A stretch of 64,000 nt of DNA from Pseudogymnoascus verrucosus (Eukaryota): NCBI GenBank assembly GCA_001662655.1, contig KV460216.1; one strand, 5' to 3'. Positions 1-10,813 of the stretch are shown here, piece after piece; the first letter of the stretch is position 1; each line of letters begins with the position of its first letter. The position numbers and the translations under genes were made by a program. A model generated the notes under the pieces. It saw nothing but the letters and a program-made list of their open reading frames with translations. It was not told where the DNA came from and did no database searches.

Positions 1-59
1 GACATCAACTGCGTATCAGGAGTCAAGCTACGGAAACGAGAAATATCAAGCGTCAGAGC

Positions 60-967
60 CTATCCGCGGCGACGAGTAGTTGGGCTCTTGCCCTTACCCT
101 TCGTTGGAGTGGCGGTAGATTGGCCAACAGCTGGCTTCTCCTTCTGCTTCTCCGCAGCCTTCTTGGATGGTGCATTCCAGTAGTATACCATCTGAGCGGC
201 CAGCACAGCATTGAGGGCAAATCCAGCAATGTATCCGTATAGGATCAGGTTGTCATCCACCTCTTGTAGGGTTGTAAAGATGCGTGACAGCGAGCCAGCC
301 AAAAAGTTGAAGACCTGCGCATTAAAGTCAGTATAGTGCATCTATGACTTGGGAACATCCTGTGACTTACAGCAAACGCGCTCAACTGTCCAGTTCCTCC
401 CTGCTGATAGATTGTTGCGATCTGCGGCAGCTTGCTTGCGACTCCCAGGACTCCAGCGCCAGCTTGGAAGTAGCTCAGTGTCTTCATGTTCACCAGATCA
501 GCGTTGAACATCGTCGTCAGGCCCATTGCGAGCGCCGCGACAAAGATCGCCGCCTGCGTGGCGCGACCGCTGTACTTCAGCACCAGCACCGAGATCACAA
601 TATTCTGCACCACGATGAGTGCCGTCTCGCCAAACGTGCTGAACGGGAAGCCCGAGCGAACATTGTACGCCAAGCCGATCAGGTATGCCGACGTCTCCAG
701 GAGGTAGCTGAGGAAGGAGATACCCGACGCGGATTTCGAGTTGACGAGCTTGAGGATCTGGGGAACCTTGACGACGGAGCTGGCGCCAATGATGCCGATT
801 CCGAGGCCTTTGGAGATGGCGAGCTTGATGCATTCGGTCGCGGTTGGGTCGATTTCAAGGAGAAGCGTGTCGTAGCATTGTCTGCCGAGGATAGAGACTC
901 CGAGTTCACGGATCGGCGCGGGGAGGTTGTGTGTGATGGGCTGCAGAGCAGCGCGTACGGAATCCAT
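60..967 (-). CDS. MPDU1: PQ-loop membrane protein, mannose-P-dolichol utilization defect 1 (MPDU1/Lec35) homolog; 2 exons
   Basis: Two PQ motifs (VKVPQI, SKLPQI) and hydrophobic helices. Intron 370..315 (GTAAGT...CAG) joins ORFs 245..967 and 60..341. Confidence 0.88.
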
Positions 968-1537
968 AGCGATGGTGTGTGGAATCTGAGGGTGGTGGCA
1001 GGGCTTGGGTTTGTGATATAGCTCAGAGAAGTAAGTGCTGGAAATTGTTCGCTATGACGCCGAGCTGGAGTATTAGTTGCTGCGATAACGATCTGACGAT
1101 CTGAGACCGCGCTAGCAGGAAGCCACACCTCAGCTTCTTTGTTGACAACGTACTGCTGTTGAAGAAAGGCAAACATTTCGTCACATGTGTAAAGTATTAT
1201 AGCATAATTTGTTGCAACTAGTGATATTGCTAACTAGGAGTGACCTCTTGAAGCATATTTATGTAGATCATCCCTTTTGTTTTGAACCTTTTATGACAAA
1301 GAATGGAGCTGTGGACCAGATCGGATTATAACGAAGGTCCTCGCATGTAATATAGGCCCCTTCGTCGTAATTCCACCAGTAGATGTCAAAAGTTATTTGT
1401 TTTTGAAGCTTCATGGTCTGATCGTTGGACCTTCATGTTCTGTTTGACTCAACGCGATTGTAGACGATCGACATTCAAACCCCTCCCATTGAACGCCGAA
1501 GAATAAAGCAAAAAAGCCTTCCAAATATCAACAGAGC

Positions 1538-1591
1538 AACAGGCAACAGGCAGCAGGCAGCAGGCAGCAGGCAGCAGGCAGCAGGCAACAG
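1538..1591. repeat. 7-bp tandem repeat (CAGGCAR)n, ~7 copies, downstream of the chromodomain gene
   Basis: caggcaa caggcag caggcag... read directly. Confidence 0.9.
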
Positions 1592-1632
1592 TAATGCCAG
1601 CAGACATACGGAGGTTAGAATGTCTGTTTAGC

Positions 1633-2220
1633 CTATGATGTTTTCTCAGCCGCCTTCAGAGATGGACGGCCGAGGCGATTGTTTGCCTTAGGTCCACCAG
1701 GGTTGCCAGGATGAGCATCGAAATATTCATCAATAGCTTCCGTCGAATTCTCCAAGTTAGAGCGCGGTTCCCATGTAGCCTCCTCTATCGAAAATCCCTC
1801 CCACAGGACGTAAAATTTGAGCTCCCCGTCCTTGACACGTGAATCAAGGACTCTCTCAACTTCATATTCTTCGTCCTCTCCGGAGTCATCCTTCCCATTT
1901 TTCTTTCCCTGGGGAAGTAACACTGCATTAGGCCCAAAAATTTGAAATATAAACACGCGTCATGGGTTTAATTGCAACTTACTGGCTTCACCTTGGTGAG
2001 GTGGTCTTCACGTTTACGAAGTTCTTCAAGCAGTTTCTTGTATCCATTTCTGTCCTCGGGCGTCTAGCGAGGTATATTAGCATGCATAATATTATATGAA
2101 TATTGCGATTTCACTAACTGCTCTTTTCCCAGGCTGACGAATATCTTTCAAGGCTCGTCTGTAGCCATACGTTGTAGTCGACCTCTGCGCTCCACGCCTG
2201 GACCTCACTGGGCCAACCAT
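1633..2220 (-). CDS. Small chromodomain protein (~150 aa); exons 2220-2119, 2063-1983, 1908-1633
   Basis: EYEVERVLDSR...FYVLWEGF...ATWEP chromodomain signature after an acidic patch. GTTAGT/TAG and GTAAGT/CAG introns splice in phase 0 to a continuous frame. Confidence 0.7.
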
Positions 2221-2739
2221 TGTGAGGATGGTGTATAGGCTTTTCAAGACACCAGCAGCTTCCTTTTCAATAGTAAGTGCAGTCAATTACTCAACTACCT
2301 TAATCTGAAGTTGTTGTATTTTGATGGTTGTTGTTGTTAAAGGTACGAGAGTTGCAGATGTATGGTGGTTATAACATATGAAGGCGGCTAAGCTCGCTTA
2401 ATTTGATCATTGCAACTCATATAACTTCCAGAACAGTTGATATTCTACTCGAATATTCGGATTTGTAGCTTCTAATCAGACAGTTCACTTTTTTTATATC
2501 TGTAGCTCTCTAAAAAGAGTGATTTTCACAGGTCACATGGTGAAAATCGCGCGGTCATTTGTCTACACACCCATTCATATTCTTTGCCACAAGCGGCTAT
2601 GATCAATTTAACACCATGCTTGTGAGAGTCAAGCAGAGGCTTACGTACTGAATATATCCATCTATCGATATTCTAGGAGAATATACTAGACCCTGTTGAT
2701 TTCATACAGACCGTACTGAGAACCCCAATAAGTGCACTT

Positions 2740-3938
2740 TTACGGACCTTCTGGCATCGTAGGCAACCCTGCGGCAATTCTGTTCGTGTTCACTTGCAAT
2801 AGTAAGTTGCGAAGTGCTGAACCGTCGTTAACATTTTGAGACAAGATAGCTTGTGGCCAAGTAGGAGGGTGTTGCGGCTGTGTAGCTAATCTTTGGGTTG
2901 CTCCTGTGGATGAGTATCCGCATGGACCAATGTCAACATCGAATAGGTGTGATAGTCTGCTCATTTGCCTAAATATGCTTTCCCATAACCCAGAGTTGAT
3001 TGTAATTTTATGGAACCGAATGCTTCTAATTGATTCCTTGGATTGTGTAATGAGAGAAGTGAGGGCATCGGCTGAAGTTTCCACCCCTTCCAAATCAACA
3101 TGTTTGAGGCGGAGCAAACGGGTAAATTCGAAGTTTGTGAGAACTATCAAAGATTCGCTGCTTATTGCAAGGGAAGTAATATCGACAGCGAGTTCAACAA
3201 GCTGGAAAATATAGAACGCATGAGTCCGGTCAGAGTGAGTATACGGACTCAGTTTCCCACCAATGTGCAACCCTAGGTGACGAAGGCCCCGTAGGGTATG
3301 TTCGATGGGTATTTGTAATGTACCAGGTTTGTTATCCAATAACTTCCCAAAGTCAGGAGCAAGCGGGAGTGTGAACTCCAGTTCAGTCAAGTTTGAAAGC
3401 AGCCCATAGCGCAATGCAGCAATGACGGTTTTAGTGGCTGTTGTCTCATTTTCCCAGGGCAAAGAAAAAGACGCGTCGTGGAACCCAAGGGCCTTAATAT
3501 TTGGAAGTCTAGCTAAGCAACCTGGTAATATTCCGGCAAGGTCTTCCTGATATAATGAGACCGATTCGGCGCTTAAATTGTCAAAGAACCGAAACCCGAC
3601 GTCGAGCCGTTGTACATATACGGCATAGGGACTTTTAGAAATCTCGATAAGTCTCACTAGAGGCGATTCTTTTTGAAAGGGAACACATATGGCCACGATG
3701 TGTCGAAAGAGCAGCGGCGAGGCAATGGCACAAAAACCTCTATTGACTAGGCGCAGTGATGTGAGGTATTGTACCGCGTTGCGTCGAGGATTGAACCCCT
3801 TGTATGGAGAAATGCAATTTGCTTCATTCTCAACGCATAACACAATCTGTAATGAGTATGTTAGCACCAGGCTGGTATCAAGTTAGAACAGCATAGCACA
3901 GCTCTTACGGCGTCACAGATCTCCTGGGGAAGTCTCAT
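2740..3938 (-). CDS. F-box-like / leucine-rich (RNI-like) fungal protein; 2 exons
   Basis: Exon 1 MRLPQEICDA, intron 3908..3847, then IVLCV...SLRLVNRGF. The LPxEI...LRLVNR pattern is typical of fungal F-box-like proteins, and LxxLxL repeats follow. Confidence 0.65.
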
Positions 3939-4389
3939 GCCGACGATTTTGATAATTTGTATATTTCCAGTGCCTGAATTACAAATCAGGCCACTGCCTC
4001 TGCTTCTGATGCAGTTTGCGAATTTTAATCAGATAGACGCACACATATCAGCGTGTGATAAGGTTGGAGTTATGTGGTTGTGAGCTTGAGACGTGGGTGA
4101 GGCTATATAGGATTACATAACATATACGATCACATGACCTATGTTTAATCACGTGGTTATTATATTCACCAAGATGATTTTCACAAGCAAATACACTAAA
4201 TACAAGCATCTTTCCCCGCATTTCAGACTCCAAGGGGCCCGCCGGGAACCCCCGGAATGCACGTGTGGGGAAAGACTGGGGAAGCAATATATTGACCTCA
4301 ACAGAACTGTTTCTCTTCGTCTCTGGAAATTCATTTAATTGAACATTCATATCCCTTGTTCACGGCGTATAAACGCGTCCAATCCCATC

Positions 4390-6680
4390 ATGAGCACCCC
4401 CCTTGGTCCCCTCTCGACTCCCCTCCCTCCACTCCCTGATGATGTTTTCACCTCGGCACAATGGTCCATCCTCCTTGCCCTGATGGACACTGTTGTGCCC
4501 CGGATTGTAAGGGCTTCTGCAGCTTCGCCTTCGCGCGCGATTGACGAGCTCGTCATCTCGGAGGAGGAATATGGAGCAATTGCGCGCGCGGCAGGAAACA
4601 AGGAGGGAGAAACCCTGGACGCGTACCTGGCAGAGCGGCCGAGCGAGAGTGAGGACTTCAAGGGGTTGTTGAGGAGACAGCTCGTGTCATACGCGAGGGA
4701 GGACCAGAGGAGACCACTGATGATAATATTGTCGGTTCTGAGGTAGGCCATCCTGCTTCGCGTGAGATTGGGAGCTCGAACTTACTGTTATTTCTCAGCA
4801 CCCGCCCAGGAGCGCTCCTGCTCACGGGCTATGCCACGCCTCTGGACCAGCTTGACATTAAGTCCCGAACAGCAATCCTCCAGGGCTGGGGCACGAGCTA
4901 TCTCGGCGCCATGCGTACTCTCTACAATACCTTGACGTCCATTGGAAAGATGATTCACATCAAATCCTCGCGCCTTTTCCCCACTGTTACGGGATTCAGT
5001 GCCATCCCGCTGAAATACTCGCCAGGCCCCTCGTATGAGTACACGTTCTTGCAGTTCCCTGAGTCCCAGACACCTGCCATCCTCGATTTTGACGTGGTGA
5101 TCGTCGGCTCTGGACTCGGCGGTGGCATCTCAGCTAAGAACCTCGCCGAGGCCGGCTTCTCCGTCCTCGTCATTGACAAGGCATACCACTACACGTCCGC
5201 ACAACTCCCAATGACCGAGGCACAGGGGATGATCCACCTCTTCGAGAATGGCGGCGTAATCCCGAGTGAAGACTCCTCGATTAACGTCCTAACTGGCTCC
5301 AACTTCGGCGGCGGCGGCACTGTCAACTGGTCCGCCGCGCTGCAGCCCCAAGGCTTCGTGCGCAAAGAATGGGCCGAGGACCGCAACCTCCCCCTGTTCA
5401 CATCCGCCACATTCCAGGAATCCCTCGACCGCGTTTGCGAGCGCATGGGCGTCTCCGACAAGCACATCCGCCACAATCACGGCAACAGGATCCTCCTCGA
5501 GGGCGCGCGCCGCATGGGGCATACCGCCAAAGCCGTTCCGCAGAACACGGCCGGCAACGAGCATTACTGTGGCCACTGCATTATGGGTTGCTCTAGCTGC
5601 GAGAAGCAAGGGCCAAATGTGTGCTGGTTGCCTGACGCGGCACGCGCGGGCGCCCAGTTTGTCGAGGGCTTGGCAGTCGAGAAGGTCTTGATGGATGGGA
5701 AGAAGGCGGTTGGTGTTAAGGGACTGTGGACGTCGCGTGCGGGCGGCAAGCGTGAGGTTATCGTCAAGGCAAAGCGAGTCATTGTCGCAGCCGGCTCGAT
5801 CTACTCACCACACATACTGATGAACAGCGGAATTAAGGTGCGTTCCCAAGCCCAAAGCCCCTGTTGCCCCTTTTTTCGTATCGGCGCTGACAAATCTGAT
5901 TTCTAGAACAATCAAATTGGCCGCCACCTTTACTTGCACCCTGTCAACGTTGTCTCTGCCTTCTTCAAGGAAGAAGTCCGCCCCTGGGAGGGTGGCATCC
6001 TCACGACTGTCTGCTCTTCCTTCGAGAACCTAGACGGTCACGGCCATGGCGTCAAACTCGAGGCAACCTGCATGATGCCCTCCCTCTGCCTCTCCATGAT
6101 CAACTGGAACTCCGGCACCTCCTGGAAGACCACCGCAGCCAAGTACCCGCACATGAACTCGTACATCTCACTCACGCGCGACCGCGACCCCGGCCGCGTG
6201 CTCCACGGCCCCAAGATCGAGTACACCCCCAGCGCATTCGACCGTCGCCACGTGCTCACGGGTCTGATCGAGATGTCGCGCATGCTCCTCGTAACGGGCG
6301 CGCGCGAGATCCACGTCAACGTGCCTGGCATCCGGCCATTCATCGTCGATGAGACCGGCGGCGACGCGACGTGCGAGGTCGTGGATCCGCGCTTCGTGGA
6401 TTGGATTGCGCATGTGGAGGCGGTGGGCAATTCTCCGCCGAACGCAACGTTTGCGTGTGCGCATCAGATGGGGTCGAATAGGATGAGTGCGAAGAAGGCG
6501 GATGGAGTTGTTGATCCGGAGGGTAGGGTGTGGGGCACCAAGGGACTGTATATAACGGATGCCAGTGTGTTCCCGTCGGCGAGTGGGGTGAACCCCATGG
6601 TGACGAATTTGGCGATCAGTGATATCACGAGTCGTGGAATTGCGGCGGGTCTGAAGAAGGAGACGGGGACGAAGTTATAA
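4390..6680 (+). CDS. Long-chain fatty alcohol oxidase/dehydrogenase (GMC oxidoreductase); introns 4743-4798, 5838-5906
   Basis: DVVIVGSGLGGG FAD motif, GGGGTVNWSA, CGHC, HQMGSNRM and FPSASGVNPMVT motifs of FAO-type GMC enzymes. Confidence 0.9.
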
Positions 6681-7699
6681 GGGGCAGTCGCGAGCCGCTA
6701 AAGTCAGGAGAGGGGGATGCGGCGAAGCGTTGTGATACCAATACTGTGTAGCTCTGACTAGCTCCGAGTTAGTTAATACTGTAGTACATGCTAAAGTTCA
6801 GTTTTCGTTTTCCAAGATCATCTCAGTTTTCTCCGAAGGTCCGTTGCACAGCATTTCTAAGTTTGCTGTCGATTTTCGCCAGCTGTCTGTTGCCTCCCGG
6901 TTGTCCTACGCTGTCAGATTTCATCCAATAATTACAGCGTATACGTTCTGCCTTACCGCAATGCCATATACCGGTCTATCGCTCTCTAAACGAGCACTGC
7001 CATGGATGAGAGCTGCGCCAACTTGAGGTCTTCCTGATGAGGCCTTGGGCCTGCTCCACAGCGGCCGAAAGTGGCCCGCTGAAAGGGTCATGGATTTCCA
7101 TGGCGCCTACATGGAGCCCAGATGTAGAGTCGCAGGGCGCATATGCTAGGCTATCTTGACTACCGTTTTATTTCCTTCGGTGCACGGAATTGAGGATAAA
7201 TATTACAGAGAAGATGAGATATTTCTGAGGTAAGCTGAGATAAATGCGCTAGTTGTTATTTCAAGGGATATCAAAGTGTTAATACTCCGCTGGTAACTCC
7301 CGGATAGGTGGGGTCAGATCCATCGAAGAAGCTATATGGATATTAGATTAGTGATCAGGGCCAATACTCATCAAAGAAAGCCCCACCAGATTCCAACAAG
7401 AGTGTGAAAAATGACATATACCATTTCTTGGCCGCAACCAAAAATTCCCAATACAGCCGGCCCTATGGTGTCAGTACATGGCCGTCATAATATCCAACAC
7501 GTGGTCCGTCGTTGCGTTTCATCCAGAGTCCCCCCCGGCTTAGAGCCAACATCGCGCGACCCGCGCGCCTATTCCATCAAAGGCGCCTCGTGCATCGCCA
7601 TACTAGCCAAATCTAAGTTGCGCCATTCTTATCATGCGTGGAATAAGATGAAACCGCCGTTTCTGGCGCGGTATTCGGCTCTTCAGGCGAACGTATCGC

Positions 7700-8135
7700 T
7701 ATTCTGAACCAACATCGAGGAGACGGCCTGACAAACGGCCAACCTTGATGGTTGTTCGACATGGGAATTCCAACATTACCGATGCCGTCATTCTGGGAGG
7801 GGCGGAAAATTGAAGCGCTGATCGCTGCGTGGCCGATCTAAGAGATGCGTACCAACACGGCCACACCCTCAGTTTGCAAGCTCAATATCGATGGGCCCAT
7901 CCCTTCACTGACGTTTTGGGAATTCCAATAACGTTGACGCCCTTCTTACGGACACTTCAGACAGAATGATGAAGCGCCAACTTTTTATTGTCTTATGTTG
8001 GAAGGCCACCACCAACAGTGCCTCCTCTCGTCTGGCGCTACTGAAGCCCGGGACGCTGTTCTACCGTCACTAAACTCAGAAGGAGAATACCAACATCACT
8101 GCTGCCCTCCATCATGGAGCAGTTGAGATGTGAAG
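7700..8135 (+). pseudogene. Possible degenerate ankyrin-repeat gene relic
   Basis: Broken frames give related peptides LMVVRHGNSNITDAVILGGAE, GNSNNVDALL and NTNITAALHHGA. The DNA word TGGGAATTCCAA recurs near 7762 and 7917. Stops and frameshifts occur throughout. Confidence 0.4.
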
Positions 8136-8534
8136 CGCCGGCCCTTCGTGCGGATAGCCATATCCTCTACTGGAGCTGGCCAATGACAATACCTAGCCGT
8201 ATTTTGGGCGCTTGATTATACCACCTGAAAGGACCTTCATTCTGGCCAGGCTTTCCGAAATCCGAGTTCTGGATGCCCATGGCTGAGCGTTGGTGTTTCG
8301 CAGAGCGCGGCGTCTATTTGATGCTATATTTGATGATTTTAGAGTTGGGATAGAATGATGTTGGGACTGTGAATCAGTATATATGTCCTGTTAGTGTCCA
8401 CCATAACTCCAGCCGAACAAGCACGATACAACGGCATCAGATACAGTTCAACTTCAACACTTGCATCTTTATTCCCAGTTTTCCATCATCATATCATTTT
8501 AATTGGAGCCTTTTGGGAATTACATTTTGCAAAG

Positions 8535-9573
8535 ATGTGGAAGTGGATAGGTACGCTTTCACTTCAATAACCTCAGGCGTCACACAGCTGACAACCCCCG
8601 TTTAGAAAAGATTGGGCCCATGTGTATTGCACACTTTCTATTGATACCTATCATCACCACATCAAGTAAGGATCCATTTGTCTCATCAGCTGCATGTTCT
8701 CTCATACTCACTGTCGTCACGCAGTTTTGTCCATGGTGGGCTGCATCTCAATCTCCCCGGTGATACCCCAACTTTTTATCGCCGAGCTCCCCGACAGTAA
8801 CGTCCAGTTTGGCTACATTGGTAAGCAGCAATCTCCATTTTTGTGTATACACGACTAACAATTAGACAGGGATCTGCAAGACAGGAGGCAACGCCACAAT
8901 CTGTACATTAGCCCTTGCAACCCCCCCTGCGGACCTGGCCACGAGACTATCCCTCTCAATCGACGTCGTCCACCATGTCCTCACCCTTCAGCAATCCGTA
9001 TCCCTCGCTCTTCCCGCCCTGAACAGCATCCTCATCGCCGTCGGTTATGTCGCCTTCTGGTTTGGATGGGGGATGACTGACGAGAAGTCTGTAAAATCGC
9101 GCCGCCGCTGGATTGCCACCACTCGGATCGTGCTGTGGAGCGCTGTTGGTACTGCCTTTGCCGCGGCATACTTGCTTACCTTCAGCATCAGGGCTATGGA
9201 GGTGGTTGCGCCGCCAGCCCAGCCGACGACTTCGACGACTTCGACGACTCTGACGACTTCGGCTGGGCTGGCTGTCACGAAGGGTTCGCCGTTGCAGGTT
9301 CTGCAGTGGGCGGTGTTTGTCTTCACGGCACTGTTTGTCAGCACTATCCATTATATACTGCACAAGATTGTGAAAGAAGCCCGCGACGGGATTCTACCGA
9401 AGGTCGAAGTTCGTACTGGTGATACAGCAGCAGCTGGAAGCGATCCGAAAGCGAGCACAGAAAATGATGCACCAGCGACAGCAACATCAGGACCACCATC
9501 AGCACCGCCGCTACCGCCGCTAGCAATGCCACCACAGAACCTCCAATATAGCGCAATCCATTCCGTGTACTAG
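8535..9573 (+). CDS. Fig1/Sur7-like (claudin-superfamily) multi-pass membrane protein; 4 exons
   Basis: Splicing three canonical introns (~8551-8605, ~8666-8724, ~8821-8869) gives MWKWIEKIG...ILSMVGCISISP...QFGYIGICKTGGNATIC in frame with ORF 9073..9573. The G-hydrophobic-hydrophobic-G-x-C-x8-C loop motif and hydrophobic helices are present. Confidence 0.65.
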
Positions 9574-10813
9574 TGTGGGAGTTAAAGAAGGCAATTTGGA
9601 GAAACCTTGTTCCCATCAACAGAATAGTCGGTTGTCTTAAGGTATACAGGCATTTACGGGAGTATACGTGCATTTAACCTATTGGAGGTGTTATTACAGA
9701 AGGACTTGCAGGCGAGTTCGATTGGAGTTTCAGCGAATACTGGCAGAAAGCGCGGCATTGTTGGCGTTTGACGTTTGCATTTTGCCACAGAAATTATGGG
9801 ATGGGGTAAATTGTACAGAACAGCACGGGACATTTAGAATATCAGAGCAATTTGAATTGAATACTTCATGGACTACGTTTAAGGGGAACTCTCAGACAGA
9901 GAATGATACCAGATCATCTTGGTACTTAAATGAATGTAACATTGAATATAGCTACCGATTCGACGAACTTCCTTGAACTGACAATCGAAAGACAAGTCCA
10001 GGTCGCACTAATGCACCGGATTATCTGGTTCGAAAAGGGGCCGCTTCTCGGTGGTGTTTTCCACCCAGACCTTGGGTTCTTGACGCGGAGTCCTTTTATC
10101 ACTGTCGTGTACTTCTCACCGTCACGTAACCTTGCTGCTGTGATTGATTATTTTAACGGTGGTGGTCTGAGCTGCCGTGTCGTGTAACATTTGTCTCATT
10201 GGCACCATATTAAAACGGGAGGCCCAAATCTATCACAGGACGTAATCCATTTTTATTGTTAGATCATGTAGAAATCCTCTATGGTATGAACTAATATATT
10301 CCATGGTCCTCTTCTGTTTGTGTAAAAATAGTAGAGTAAAATAATAGTAATATAATATCTACTTAAGCAGAACAAAAAAACCCAAAGACATGTACAACTG
10401 GTATTTGCCAGTAGCCAGGTGGCAGAATCTACAAAGTCGCGGTACGTTGTTCTGAGAACCATTTAAACCATTTCACCCAAGTTACAATTATAAGACCACT
10501 TATAAGTCGAACTGGAACTTCTCTGCCTCTTCGTCGTTATCGGCGTTGGTGGTTGGTAGTGAAGGTCCCTCTCACCCCCATCTTATCTCCAACTTACCCC
10601 GCTAACCCCGCACTGGCGCTAAGCGTTTGTAGTGGAGACGAAAGACATTCCCCAATCGCCCTTTCTGCCTCTCTCTCAACACACTTTCACAACCCATATA
10701 CCCTTACTCTCATTGATCCGATGCACGACTCTTAAGGAAATTATTAGCTGTTCTGGTTCTCACATAAGGAGAGGATTCTACTACCGGTAGTGGTTAGCAC
10801 AACAGACGTCGGC

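Noticed and set aside
1323..1373. Short imperfect hairpin upstream of MPDU1
   Set aside because: Only ~7 perfect bp plus mismatches and no recognisable ncRNA boxes; within chance expectation
1633..1956. Chromodomain as a remnant of a Ty3/Gypsy chromovirus
   Set aside because: No RT, integrase or LTR nearby, and clean in-phase spliceosomal introns favour a cellular gene
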